DNA of 64,000 nucleotides from Arcticibacter sp. (GTDB lineage Bacteria > Bacteroidota > Bacteroidia > Sphingobacteriales > Sphingobacteriaceae): contig NZ_JAZQRL010000007.1 in assembly GCF_045629565.1 (NCBI RefSeq), positions 88-64,087 of the forward strand. The letters run 5' to 3'. Below the pieces are notes generated by a model, which worked only from the letters and a program-made list of their open reading frames with translations, ran no database searches and was not told where the DNA came from. Made by a program: the position numbers and the translations under genes. Positions 39,701 through 49,665 of the stretch are shown here, one piece after another. Each line of letters opens with the position of its first letter. Positions within the stretch are counted from its first letter, which is position 1.

Positions 39701-40458
39701 CCAATGCAGAGCATCTGTTAACGAGGTTGCGTGCCGACTTGCAGCTTGAGCGATCGAAGGCTCTTACGGAACTGAGTTCTGAGGAACTTCAGGAGCAGCT
39801 AAGTTCTCTGGACGCCTCCTGGCGGGACCTGAATCAGGAGATCGGAGGAATTCGAAACCGGCTGCAGTCTGATTTTGAGACTAAGCTTCGTTTCAAAGAA
39901 ATTGCCGATCAGATCGTCGTTCAGCAGGGAGAGCTGCAGAGGTGGCAGAAAATATCGTCGCTCATTGGTTCAGATAATGGCAAAAAGTTCAGCAACTTCG
40001 CTCAAGGACTTACCTTGGCTCGTTTGACGGAGTTAGCCAATCTGCATTTGCAGAAGCTGACGGACCGTTACCGGATTCTAAAGAGCCCTTCGAAGGACCT
40101 GGAGATCCAGATCATCGACGGATATCAGGCTGATGTGGTCAGGCCCATGACGACCTTGTCGGGAGGGGAGAGCTTTCTGGTAAGTTTGGCGCTGGCCCTG
40201 GGTCTATCGGACCTGGCCAGCCGGAAGACGCAGATTAATTCTTTGTTCATTGATGAAGGCTTTGGTACCCTGGATTCGGATACGCTGGATGTTGCGATCT
40301 CGGCATTGGAGAACTTGCAGGCGAACGGTAAGACAATCGGGATTATCTCGCATGTGGAGGCGCTGAAAGAGCGGATTGGGACGCAGATTCAGGTGAGCAA
40401 GCAGCCGGGCGGGGTGAGTAGGATCAGGGTGATGAGTTATGGGGAGGTTGTGGGGTGA
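36799..40458 (+). CDS. sbcC: exonuclease SbcCD subunit C (Rad50-like)
   Basis: GPTGAGKT Walker A, long coiled coil with CPLCG zinc hook, LSGGE, LFIDEGFGTLD. Confidence 0.93.
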   Translation: MKILSVRFLNLNSLKGEHQIRFDQSPFTESGLFAITGPTGAGKTTILDAITIALYGRVHRHDRDVSESMTRHTAESFSEVEFEIKGKGYRAKWSQRRGYGKVDGALQTQRMELVDLSTLEIMVNHPLSEVQQQIVALCGLDYHQFLRSVMLSQGDFTQFLKSKENERSELLEKITDTAVYSEISRYVFDRARQEREKLERLREQLDNADILSDEEVSQLNISLQDLSIREKAVRDNSLDTRDKINWLGVLGKLKVDEARQRDLLREQQEKLILHQEDFQKLALHQKAMAYRSDLQDIQNHEGRIEELALRIREQEEVLPSVQEKSRQADQAFEEGKKLLDQKDGSLQEQEPLFEKVIQKDLQLDGFRKELERAESWAKTALKDVDQTISDRDTLAQNIAALEVEISALNQLIVGQPKENELETAIVRIDQYQQELGRARLSLRDKKAEERSVVDLQKDQEKSLLAIEEEIAKSNAGLLLKQQELVRLRDKLRTEFEGKSLDVLEESADKLPGLISLCQDQSRLAKEYFQTRAQLDALKQEQSRNQESVVSLEAVLALQTEEKQEAERILEDHRKVVDIQIRIQKYDADRGQLQEDQECPLCGSKEHPYVEKHYHSALTEAEQKRNAHEVYVQKLSREIQDSAIKLSASKEKLAGQLKQSAEREEKLSNMESSFALNNGRLPAPLALEKPAIINAIVLKKQSELSALQAQIQALRVLQKDISMVELMLIDLKSTIEQAKTRKESLLTQLSSGAGNLEKVRLEIGKLDLEIGDLQNKIQDVLRSLQITDIPEDIIRALNARLLVCRQSNEKLASATLRKQELGAESISLEKVLRAKQELLQQREKERKQADLRLQEELGERRELFGEKDPVFEREQLRNQLKQLREALERQQELRNQLQNQLLALEASLQKDRQDLDKAGKDLSRLSAELTRKLQEQGIADIAELRSYRLDEGIAAEISTMEAEIKTAIANAEHLLTRLRADLQLERSKALTELSSEELQEQLSSLDASWRDLNQEIGGIRNRLQSDFETKLRFKEIADQIVVQQGELQRWQKISSLIGSDNGKKFSNFAQGLTLARLTELANLHLQKLTDRYRILKSPSKDLEIQIIDGYQADVVRPMTTLSGGESFLVSLALALGLSDLASRKTQINSLFIDEGFGTLDSDTLDVAISALENLQANGKTIGIISHVEALKERIGTQIQVSKQPGGVSRIRVMSYGEVVG

Positions 40459-40908
40459 TTCGTCTTGAGTCCTCAAAAGTATGAAACCAGCAGATTCACG
40501 CCGCTGATAGTTCGTGTACAGCGTGACAACGCGAGCGCCCTAAGGGATATTTGTCTCATAAAGTCAACGAATGTTTAAATTGAAGAGACAAATATTTGAT
40601 ACGGGATTTTGAGACTGGATAATGGTTTTTTGAGGTCCATCTATTGATTTGTTTAGGGTGTTTGTAAAACGTTCGTTTTATGAGCCTACAACCATGAAAG
40701 AGTATTATCATTTACTCATTATCAAAAACTAGGAAGTATCGTTTGATTAGTGGAATGAGTTCTTGATAATTAAAGGACGTCTCCTGATTGATCCGGTTAG
40801 AGAGGACAGTGCTCTAAGCCAGTTCTCCCCCTAGATCAGAAAACGAGGGAAAAATGATAATTAGGATAATCGTTTAATAAAGTTTACACTAAAAACCGTT
40901 GAAAGTTG

Positions 40909-41928
40909 TTACTGGCCGAATTGATTTCCGTATCCGCTACGTTTAAAGATTTCTTCGCTTGATAAATTATATATGTCTTTCCAAGAATTTGGCCCGTGAT
41001 TTTTCACATAAGCTTCTATAATTCTAAATCCTAACCAATAAAAGAGAGTTTTAGGAGCATCCGGGAATAATTTGAATTTATTATTTCTCAATAATGGATT
41101 TTCACCTGTTTCGTCAAAATACCTCTTGACCTTTTGAAATATTTCCTTTTCATGGGCAATATACCACTTCCAGTCTGCTTCAGACATATTCTCAACCGCT
41201 TCATGTTTTGAAATAGTTCCATCAAAAAACACCCATGTAAAATAACAAGCAAAGCCCTCATCAATAGTTTGTGCCAATGCAGTTTCGTGCTTGGGGTCTT
41301 TCATTCTATTTGGTTCATAAGCCAAATGATTGAGTTCATGTGGTATGCCCTTATTGATCGTATAATCGAGATCATTATTTTCGTAATTCAATTCAAGTGC
41401 AAATTGCTCTGCATTACACCCACCAAAACCAATACCCTGAATTGGTGTAAACAATATACTAATAACGGCTTTAGGTTTATAGCTAACCATCTTATTGAAC
41501 TTCCTTAAATTTACGGTTAAGATAGAGTCTAAATTCATGGCCAACAGTTCTCTGGCCTTATTGTCAAAAAGAGCTTTTTTTTCTGGATACAGAGTTTTAT
41601 TCCATGCAATCATTCCAGTAGAAGTGTTAAACTTGGAAGCGTTATCTGATCCAAAGATCATCCCATAACAGTTATCCCATAACTGCTTATGTGCCATGTA
41701 AACCTCGTTTATAATCATTAAGCTATCATATTTTCCAACCTCACGATGAGCTAAAATCTGGCTTTTAAATAAATTATGTACAATAATGTCCTCAACTTTA
41801 ACACTATCGGATACCATATTCAAGCTATCTATTAACGACAATGGCTTAGAATGAATTGGCTCTTTTGGCAATGAACACGAAAATAAAAATGTAAAAGCAA
41901 GGAAACCGACAAGTATACAATTCTTCAT
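40909..41928 (-). CDS. DUF2268-type putative Zn-dependent protease, lipoprotein
   Basis: Lipobox FLFS-C; HELNH...DEGFA gluzincin-like motif; YWLGFRII. Confidence 0.7.
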   Translation of the reverse strand: MKNCILVGFLAFTFLFSCSLPKEPIHSKPLSLIDSLNMVSDSVKVEDIIVHNLFKSQILAHREVGKYDSLMIINEVYMAHKQLWDNCYGMIFGSDNASKFNTSTGMIAWNKTLYPEKKALFDNKARELLAMNLDSILTVNLRKFNKMVSYKPKAVISILFTPIQGIGFGGCNAEQFALELNYENNDLDYTINKGIPHELNHLAYEPNRMKDPKHETALAQTIDEGFACYFTWVFFDGTISKHEAVENMSEADWKWYIAHEKEIFQKVKRYFDETGENPLLRNNKFKLFPDAPKTLFYWLGFRIIEAYVKNHGPNSWKDIYNLSSEEIFKRSGYGNQFGQ

Positions 41929-42191
41929 AGATGTAAATTAAAAAAAAAAGGTCATTTGTTGTGCCAGCATGAAAATGAGCCTTACGTCTACAAGAAAGCC
42001 ACATATTCAATATTAATAAACACTTGGCTGTTCATTAACGAGCATTTATGTACGAAATTGAACAAGCAAAAGTGATGAACTTATCTTTGTTATTAAGCTG
42101 ATTATCAAGAAACGGTTGTTTTCTGAAAATGACCGTACTAGACTCTTTATATCTATGAAGAAGCGCCATTAAGTGGGCAAGCATTCTCAAA

Positions 42192-42980
42192 TCACCTATC
42201 AACAACATGAAGTTTCCTTTCTGACAGAAGTCCAAGCGTTGTAACAACCATACATGTCAATATTGAGCTAATTAAAGCAATATACCAGACGCTGTTAATC
42301 TCTCCGTTATTCGAGTAAGTAGATGACAAGGCCGGCCAACCCCAAGGAAAGAAAATAGCGAGGTTTTGCTTTTGAATAAGAAATAAGCCAATTATCGTTA
42401 CAAAAATGCCGAAGCCAAAACTGGTATAGACATTTTTTAGAAAGACACTAAAAAAATAATGGATGGAAATAATTCCTAATGAACTTCCCATTACAATACA
42501 TGGCAAATACAAGAGTAGTAGTGGTGGATAGTAGTCTTGAAAATTCAAGCTCTTAAAGAACGTAGTTGCTATCATCCCATACAGGTATACATACGTTGAC
42601 AACATGCACAAACTGATGAATATTAAAAGCGCAACGACTAGCATCTTGGCTATGTAAATCGATGTTCTTGAGACGGAAAGACTAAATATGTTTCGCCATC
42701 CGCCATTACTACTTTCAAGATTATTGCTTATGATGGTTTGCAAAGCCACCAACGGAAGGAGTGCAAAACTGCTCCAAAAGTTCCAGACGACATTAGAGAA
42801 AAATATCCAGGAATCAATTTTCTTGGCTTCGATTCTCTCTTGATAATAAAACATCACCGCTCCGTAGATCAATACCGGTATCAGAGGATAGATAACTGCC
42901 AATTTGAAGGCAACAGTAGTTCTTGTCTTAATCAATTCAGCATTGATCGCTCTCCTAAGCTTTGCGAAACTCCTTAGCAT
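42192..42980 (-). CDS. ABC-2 type permease (LanE/G-, BcrB-like)
   Basis: About 6 TM helices; AELIKTR, LES.NGGWRNIFSL, FFPW. Confidence 0.75.
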   Translation of the reverse strand: MLRSFAKLRRAINAELIKTRTTVAFKLAVIYPLIPVLIYGAVMFYYQERIEAKKIDSWIFFSNVVWNFWSSFALLPLVALQTIISNNLESSNGGWRNIFSLSVSRTSIYIAKMLVVALLIFISLCMLSTYVYLYGMIATTFFKSLNFQDYYPPLLLLYLPCIVMGSSLGIISIHYFFSVFLKNVYTSFGFGIFVTIIGLFLIQKQNLAIFFPWGWPALSSTYSNNGEINSVWYIALISSILTCMVVTTLGLLSERKLHVVDR

Positions 42981-43872
42981 CTGTAAAATTAAAAAAGGTG
43001 TCTTCCAACTTACTTACCGCACTTAACATAAAGATATTAATACCCGAGTTGACCAATATCCGGTTGATCATGGGTATATCATCGATGTCCTGAAAATATA
43101 CTTGTAAAAAATCTTTCGAACTTCCAATACACTCATATCCACTCTTCTGCAAAACCTCAGCAGCTGCCAGATGGTTATCAACTTTTAATTGCAATACATT
43201 CCGATTTCGAGAAATGATTTTGTCAAGTTGATCACTGATGATAATTCTACCTTTACTAATGATAGCAATATCCGTACAGGTTTTCTCCACCTCGTCCAAG
43301 ATGTGGCTAGACATAAAGATTGTCTTGTTTAAGTCTCGATTTAATCTGAGTATGAGGTTTCTCATGTCTCGAATACCATCAGGGTCTAAACCATTCGCGG
43401 GCTCGTCTAAAATTAATAAGTCAGGATCACCCAACAACGAAAAAGCTATACCAAGCCTTTGTTTCATCCCAAAAGACAAATTCTTTGATCGGACATCTTT
43501 GAACTCCTTTAAGTCCAGGTCATCTAACACCTTATCGATCTCTAAAGATTTCAGGCCTAACAAAACTTGCTTCACCCTCAAATAATCATATACTGTTATG
43601 TCTGGATATAGCGCCGGCCCTTCTACAAACGCGCCTATCTTGGCAAGAGCCTTTAACTTCTCTTTCCTTATATCGATCCCGAAGATTTTGATATCCCCTC
43701 TTTGAGTCGTTAATAAGCCTAATAAAACTTTAATAAAAGTACTTTTTCCCGCACCGTTTAGACCCAGAAATCCAAAAATGGATCCGGCTGGAACATGGAT
43801 ACAAACGTCAGTTAAAATTATTTTTTTATTATAACCAAACTGTACACCCGAGGCTTCAATAGCGCAATTCAT
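42955..43872 (-). CDS. ABC transporter ATP-binding protein (LanF/BcrA-like)
   Basis: GLNGAGKST, LSFGMKQR, LILDEPANGLDP, SSHIL. Confidence 0.88.
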   Translation of the reverse strand: MNCAIEASGVQFGYNKKIILTDVCIHVPAGSIFGFLGLNGAGKSTFIKVLLGLLTTQRGDIKIFGIDIRKEKLKALAKIGAFVEGPALYPDITVYDYLRVKQVLLGLKSLEIDKVLDDLDLKEFKDVRSKNLSFGMKQRLGIAFSLLGDPDLLILDEPANGLDPDGIRDMRNLILRLNRDLNKTIFMSSHILDEVEKTCTDIAIISKGRIIISDQLDKIISRNRNVLQLKVDNHLAAAEVLQKSGYECIGSSKDFLQVYFQDIDDIPMINRILVNSGINIFMLSAVSKLEDTFFNFTDAKEFRKA

Positions 43873-44130
43873 AGCAAGGCTTAAAGTTTTTCCAGGTTTT
43901 CCCTTAGTGAGTATAAATCAAATTGGCGTAGTTCAACAATATACAAATTTTATTGGCCTGGTTTCAAAGAATGATCGTTGAGACAAATTAAAAATGCAGG
44001 TCTCCGTATCGGACCGACAATGTTTATTATGAAAACGGCAGTCATGAGGTAATCTAACCCTATGGTTAAATCTCATGCAGACTAGTACTCAAGTAATTTA
44101 AGTATCTGAAAATGAGAATTACGTTACAAC

Positions 44131-45021
44131 CTATTTTGGCAAATACTCGTCTAAGTACCCAGTTGCATTCAGAAAAGCATCGTAATCTTCAATATTCAAA
44201 ATATCACTTACAGCTTTTCTTTTGTCATCCTGTCTCTCGAAATAGGCTTTTACAATTTCATAACCCATCCAATAGCCAAGATCGTTGGGTCGCTCGTCCT
44301 TACCGCTGGTTCCATACAACCAATCCTGCGAATCCGTCTTGTGCATACGCTCAACGAACTCTTTGCTCAATGCTATTCTATTTGTAGCTCCATAGGTATT
44401 GGCTTCCATATTCCCCTTTATGCCTGTGACGAGTTCGGCAACAAAGTCGGCCGCACCCTCAATTATTGACTGTTGTAAAAGAGTCGTTTCGCCCTTTGGA
44501 TAGGTTTGTTGGAAATGAATTGACTCATGCATGATCAGCTCAGGCAAATGATCCAGGCTTATTAGCATCTCCGCACCGATCAACAAGCCGTCTTTCGAAA
44601 CTGTTCCCCCACTATTAAATCTGCCCATAACGAAATACGTTGGCGGGTATACCGCATCCGGATACCAGTACTCTAGAGCGTAGAAGTAGGGTTTAATTAA
44701 TTTCTCCTTTGCCTTTATCAAGCTATCTATATTACGCACCTTCTGATAGTCCGCCTTCCGCCTTTCAACCATTTTCAACAGAGAATCTGCCCCCATAATT
44801 CGATATGGAATAAACCCTTTTAATCCTATCGAGCCTTGATTAACGTATTCGTGAAATGGATTTTCCTTAGTCTTTCCGATAGCATCAAATGCCCGCCAGA
44901 AGTTGGGAATATCCGACAATATAAATTTTGCATTCTGAGGATCCGTAGGAAACGCCGTTTTTTGGCCGTAGCTATAGCTAACCCAAACCAGTAGAAATAA
45001 AAACATCACGCCCTTTTTCAT
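44131..45021 (-). CDS. DUF2268-type putative Zn-dependent protease, secreted
   Basis: Start reassigned to MKKGVMFLFLL (signal peptide); HESIH...IEGAAD; DLGYWMGYEIV. Confidence 0.72.
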   Translation of the reverse strand: MKKGVMFLFLLVWVSYSYGQKTAFPTDPQNAKFILSDIPNFWRAFDAIGKTKENPFHEYVNQGSIGLKGFIPYRIMGADSLLKMVERRKADYQKVRNIDSLIKAKEKLIKPYFYALEYWYPDAVYPPTYFVMGRFNSGGTVSKDGLLIGAEMLISLDHLPELIMHESIHFQQTYPKGETTLLQQSIIEGAADFVAELVTGIKGNMEANTYGATNRIALSKEFVERMHKTDSQDWLYGTSGKDERPNDLGYWMGYEIVKAYFERQDDKRKAVSDILNIEDYDAFLNATGYLDEYLPK

Positions 45022-45364
45022 AAAGTTTTTTTCGATAAGACGATTTTTCATACTATCAGGTTGCAGTTTCCTGTGGTTTTTCAACTCAGGCGATTTGAAT
45101 GCCATTCAGTACCCCTATCATAGATACCTATTGAAAATATAGCTGGAGATTTGCTAAAAGATATGTTGAAGTGAAATCCGTGCAGATTGTCTTAATAAAC
45201 CCTTGATCAGAAATGGAGGGAATAATGGGAAACGTTTTTCAGTTTCGCCCCCACCTTACAATACAAATTACTTCTTTCCAGTCACGCTCAATTCCGAATG
45301 CAGATTCTAGTTTAAGACAATCGATTTTCCTTAATTCATTGTGGATAGCATTTTATTTAACAAT

Positions 45365-45574
45365 TCATTCTAAATCGATGTCTTCCAAGCTGAAGATTTC
45401 ATTTACAGTCGTCCCGAAAACTTTCGCGATTTTCAACGCTAGCAAAGTCGAGGGCACGTACTTCCCCAATTCGATGGAATTTATGGTTTGCTGGGAAACC
45501 CTTACTTTTTCTGCTAAATCAGCCTGAGTGTAGTTATTTTTAGCTCGCTCTACCTTTATGCTATTAGTCATCAC
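45365..45574 (-). CDS. XRE-family HTH regulator
   Basis: TQADLAEKVRVSQQTINSIELGKYVPS. Confidence 0.85.
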   Translation of the reverse strand: MMTNSIKVERAKNNYTQADLAEKVRVSQQTINSIELGKYVPSTLLALKIAKVFGTTVNEIFSLEDIDLE

Positions 45575-46938
45575 CGGATTTCGTTAATAAATAGAAGTCC
45601 GTCAAAAGCATCGCTGGCGCACAGCATTAAATAGCTTACCTTATTTGCTTCCATAGGACGTCTCATCTTGAGCCAGGCTGAAACGTAGGGATTCCGTGAG
45701 GCCGGCTTAAGATCTAGTATAAAACGAGGTTTACCAACTTGAAGAAGGGCTCTATCCAAACTAGTAGAGTGAGCTTCGACTAGAGAAGGTGTGCAACTAC
45801 TTCCAATTATAAACACGTCATTCTTAGGAAAGATTGACTTAAGATATTGTCCCATGCTGTTCGGTGGCTTTGCAAAAGAATCCCAAACTCCCCCAGTGGT
45901 GACTTCATTTTTAACATGTGCATTATGAGCGACAACCAGCACTTTGCCTCTTTCGGTTTCAGAATTTAAGATCCAAATTAAATTATCGGTCATAGCAGCA
46001 TCACGCGCATTCATAGCCTTCCAAGCATCTGGTGAAATTTTTCCGGGTTGCTCTCGAGATGTGACTCTCACTATTCGGTCCGTTTGTCTGGCAAGTATTG
46101 CATTTCGATACGCCCACTCATATTTATTCTTTGAACTACTATTTATAAAATTAATTCGCTCACGTTCAAACAAGGCGATTAGATCATCCAATGTAGCACT
46201 AAGGCTGTTATGTTCTTCTGACGAAAGTAATGGATATTTTGCAACCGATAAACGTGGAAGGTAGGTTACTATAGCAGATTCCAGTTTTACAGCATCCTCT
46301 GGGGACACCTGTCTAAGATACCTTAGTGCTTCATCAATCGCAGCATGTGAAGGTGTCGTATCTCCGGGGAAACCTCTCAGCTGCATATCCATTCCGTAAA
46401 ATTTTAACCTATGCTTGTGAGCTGGGTTAGCGTTGTAATGTCGCATCCACTGTAAAAGTGCAACGTTTTCTAACGAAGGACTTCCGATGGTTAGTTTAGC
46501 CGCAGCTTCTTGTGCTGTACCAGGACCACCTGCGATGAAATCAGCAGCTACATACGATTCGGCAAAACCGGCTTCCAATACGATTGTCGTAAACCCCAAA
46601 TTCTCAACTAGAAAGCGAAACATTCTATTTCGGAGGGCAAGCAGTGTATGGATCCCATGTGCAGGTTCACCTAAAGCGACAATCCGCGCGTTACGAATGA
46701 TTTTCTTTAGCGGTTCTAGATCGGCACTGCCTTTTGCACGATCAGTGTTTTGTATTGGGAATGCATTAGTCCTTGCCCAATTAGTAAATCGCCTGTTTGA
46801 CGAGCTGTCTGTAATTTCAATACTAGCTTGCGCGGTACTAGAGACCGGTTTGTTTATCAATAAAAGAAATAATACGCCCTGTAGAATAAAAGAAAGTTGA
46901 TTAAAACAAGGCTTAATTCTATCTGGTGAGTTACCCAT
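45571..46938 (-). CDS. erythromycin esterase family protein (Ere-like), with signal peptide
   Basis: VALGEPAHG, LVENLGFTTIVLE, FYGMDMQ, RDAAM, AHNAHV. Confidence 0.8.
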   Translation of the reverse strand: MGNSPDRIKPCFNQLSFILQGVLFLLLINKPVSSTAQASIEITDSSSNRRFTNWARTNAFPIQNTDRAKGSADLEPLKKIIRNARIVALGEPAHGIHTLLALRNRMFRFLVENLGFTTIVLEAGFAESYVAADFIAGGPGTAQEAAAKLTIGSPSLENVALLQWMRHYNANPAHKHRLKFYGMDMQLRGFPGDTTPSHAAIDEALRYLRQVSPEDAVKLESAIVTYLPRLSVAKYPLLSSEEHNSLSATLDDLIALFERERINFINSSSKNKYEWAYRNAILARQTDRIVRVTSREQPGKISPDAWKAMNARDAAMTDNLIWILNSETERGKVLVVAHNAHVKNEVTTGGVWDSFAKPPNSMGQYLKSIFPKNDVFIIGSSCTPSLVEAHSTSLDRALLQVGKPRFILDLKPASRNPYVSAWLKMRRPMEANKVSYLMLCASDAFDGLLFINEIR

Positions 46939-47052
46939 AAAATGCTATTAATATTACTATAAGCTGTTGAACTCAAAATGTCAGGACAGGCCATTGTCAA
47001 TACTCGTCCAAATACACACTTGCCTTCAAAAAAGTATTGTAATCTTCAATGT

Positions 47053-47238
47053 TTAATTATTACCAACGGCTTGTTTTTTATCAAAAACAGATTTCACGAC
47101 TTCATATCCCATAGTAGCTTATGCCTTTGGACTCCTGTCCTTACTGCTGATGCCGTATAGCCAATTTCGCGAATTCGTCTTTGCATACAATATACTAAAT
47201 TTTCCTTCTCCTCTTAGATACTTAAATATTTCCTTAAT
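47053..47238 (-). pseudogene. remnant of a third DUF2268-type protease (C-terminal part)
   Basis: Manual translation KTNSRNWLYGISSKDRSPKA*ATMGYEVVKSVF aligns with KTDSQDWLYGTSGKDERPNDLGYWMGYEIVKAYF of 44131-45021. Confidence 0.7.
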
Positions 47239-47459
47239 CATTAACGATGCTCAGAACTTCCTACAAGCTAGGGCCAAGATTGCTAGTTTTTATGCCAGAA
47301 TAAGAGCAGTTTTTAGCAGGAATGAATCTATTAACATAAGATAAATTGTAACTATTATATTCTCCGAGAGAGGGCATTATGAGACCGTTTTTTTCTATCA
47401 GAGAGACATCAAGGTGAACCGACGAAAAATGTTCGTTTTGTGAGAGAATTTAAGTTCAG

Positions 47460-47531
47460 TTATTGCGAGGACATATAGATAATAATACAAGCTCCAATTA
47501 GAGCGATAACAGCACCAGTGATATCATACCA
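47460..47531 (-). pseudogene. probable YnfA/UPF0060 C-terminal remnant
   Basis: WYDITGAVIALIGACIIIYMSSQ* resembles the family C-terminus; no start codon. Confidence 0.45.
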
Positions 47532-47559
47532 GATCGATAGACGGTTGCGAGATCGAATA

Positions 47560-47673
47560 TTAGCTGCAGCATCCTGGAGGGCAGCAAGCCTCGGACGGCT
47601 TCTCTGCATAAACGGTAATAATTTCAATGTACTTCTGCCTTGCCAGTTCTTTCAGTTGTTCTTCAGTTTTCAT
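47560..47673 (-). pseudogene. 5' fragment of arsenite methyltransferase (ArsM-like)
   Basis: MKTEEQLKELARQKYIEII...EACCPPGCCS*, resembling the Cys-rich ArsM N-terminus; lies in an ars cluster. Confidence 0.6.
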
Positions 47674-47725
47674 AATATTTGATTTAATGGATATCTGCTT
47701 TTGACCCTCTGACAATCATGATCGA

Positions 47726-48475
47726 TTAACTATTCGGACAATCAAAACGCGTTTCGTATATTCTCCGCAATTCATTCGGGAGCAAGCTTTTTTCGATGTC
47801 TTGCGCTGAAGTTTCAACGTCATATTTGAACCTTCTAAATTCCACTTGAAAACAATTCTCCAGAATCTCAGCGTCTGGTTCAAGGGTCAACATCACATAG
47901 CAACCTCGCGGATCGCCGTCTTTTGGCTTCCCTGCCGAGCCGATATTCACAACCTGCCTGACCGAACTAGCGTTGGTCTTTAAGATCCGATGATATGGTT
48001 GATGTGAATGCCCCACAAAAAGCAAGTGCGCACCCGCTTCATCCATTAGTTCCAATACGTAATTTTCGTCTGTGTCTTCAAGTATATATTCATCTATGCG
48101 CCGGGTACTGCCGTGAGCAAAAACAAGATTCAACAAGCCTGCCCGTAATTTGTATTCTAATTTAATATGTGCAGGAAGAGCCTTCAAGTATGTTCTGTTT
48201 TCCTCCTTGATTAAATGGTAAGCATAATTCTTGCCTGGCTCTTGAAGGCTTTCTGCGGTCGTCTTTATCTTCTCAACCTTCTCATCATGGTTTCCTTTTA
48301 ATGTCCCTATCTTTCTTCTTCGAATCTCTTCTATGATCTCATTCGGATAGATGTGATATCCAACCAGATCGCCAAGGCAATAAATGATATCCGGATTCTG
48401 ACCGTCCATATCCTTTAGCATCGCTTAAAATGCAGCAAGATTCGCATGGATATCTGAAAAAAGTGCAATTCTCAT
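47726..48475 (-). pseudogene. ars-associated metallophosphoesterase, disrupted
   Basis: True start [16 protein letters not shown] at 48475 followed by in-frame TAA (48425-27); GDLVGY, GNHD, GHSH motifs; apparent 1-nt deletion near 47770 (restored frame reads EFAENIRNAF*). Confidence 0.8.
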
Positions 48476-49560
48476 TTTTGTATGATGTCTAAGGCTTTTG
48501 TGGGATAGTACTTTTTGCGGAAATAGAAGGCCAGATTGACTAATGCAATTAATGCAGGAACCTCAACCAATGGCCCAATAACACCTGCAAATGCCTGGCC
48601 TGAGTTGATCCCAAAAACACCGATGGCAACTGCAATGGCAAGTTCAAAGTTATTTCCTGTAGCTGTAAACGCAATAGAGGTACTTCTTGAATAATCAGCA
48701 CCAAAATATTTACCAGCGAAAAAGCTGATTACGAACATGATGGAGAAATAGATAACTAAAGGTATAGCAATCCTGACCACATCCATTGGTATCTGAACGA
48801 TCAACTCCCCTTTGAGGCTAAACATGATTACGATAGTGAAAAGCAGTGCAATAAGAGTAATCGGAGAAATAAGGGGAATAAACTTGTTTTGAAACCAATC
48901 CTCGCCTTTAAGTCTAATAAGGCTATATCTGCTGATAACACCCATTGCGAACGGAATCCCCAGGTAGATTCCAACACTTTTAGCAATCTCCGCGATAGTG
49001 ATGTTCACTTCAAGGCTGTCCAGCCCGAAGTAAGGGGGTAATACTGTAATGAAAACATAAGCAAACACACTGTATAGAAGCACCTGAAATATACTGTTTA
49101 ACGCAATCAGTCCGGCGGCATATTCCCTGTTGCCCTCAGCAAGCTCATTCCACACCACAACCATGGCAATACATCTGGCCAGACCAATAAGGATTAACCC
49201 CACCATATATTCTGGGTAATCTCTCAAAAAGGTAATGGCCAAAAAGAACATTAATATCGGCCCGATAACCCAGTTCAGGACTAGCGAAACACTTAAAACC
49301 CTGGTGTCTTTAAATACTTCACCCATTTTCTCATACTTCACTTTTGCCAGTGGTGGATACATCATCAGTATCAATCCAATCGCTAGTGGGATATTCGTGG
49401 TTCCGCTCGAAAATGAGTTGATAAATCCCGAGGAAGAAGGTAGGAAGTAGCCGGTAGCAACACCGATACCCATAGCAAGAAATATCCAGAGGGTAAGGAA
49501 ACGATCCAAAAAGCCTAATTTTTTTCTTTCGGCAGCAGGCGCGCAGTTATTTGCAGACAT
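48472..49560 (-). CDS. acr3: ACR3 family arsenite efflux transporter
   Basis: [51 protein letters not shown]; frame intact. Confidence 0.93.
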   Translation of the reverse strand: MSANNCAPAAERKKLGFLDRFLTLWIFLAMGIGVATGYFLPSSSGFINSFSSGTTNIPLAIGLILMMYPPLAKVKYEKMGEVFKDTRVLSVSLVLNWVIGPILMFFLAITFLRDYPEYMVGLILIGLARCIAMVVVWNELAEGNREYAAGLIALNSIFQVLLYSVFAYVFITVLPPYFGLDSLEVNITIAEIAKSVGIYLGIPFAMGVISRYSLIRLKGEDWFQNKFIPLISPITLIALLFTIVIMFSLKGELIVQIPMDVVRIAIPLVIYFSIMFVISFFAGKYFGADYSRSTSIAFTATGNNFELAIAVAIGVFGINSGQAFAGVIGPLVEVPALIALVNLAFYFRKKYYPTKALDIIQK

Positions 49561-49563
49561 AGT

Positions 49564-49665
49564 CTAAATATTTTCTTTGATGAATTTCTCTGAGTAACTC
49601 CGGATCATATCCCTTACAGTTCTGAACTGCTGTTGGACTTGTTGCTCAGTTCGGATGCTTTTGCT
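49564..49665 (-). pseudogene. 3' remnant of LMW-PTPase-type arsenate reductase (ArsC)
   Basis: AKAS(+1 nt)TEQQVQQQFRTVRDMIRSYSEKFIKENI* matches ArsC C-terminal DPAKA.GT.......FR.VRD.I. Confidence 0.65.

Noticed and set aside
40640-40860. Possible IS end (TAGGGTGTTTGTAAAAC) and small hairpin downstream of sbcC
   Set aside because: No partner inverted repeat, target duplication or transposase fragment identified.
45110-45360. Possible pseudogene between the XRE and DUF2268 genes
   Set aside because: Stops in all frames and no recognisable motif.
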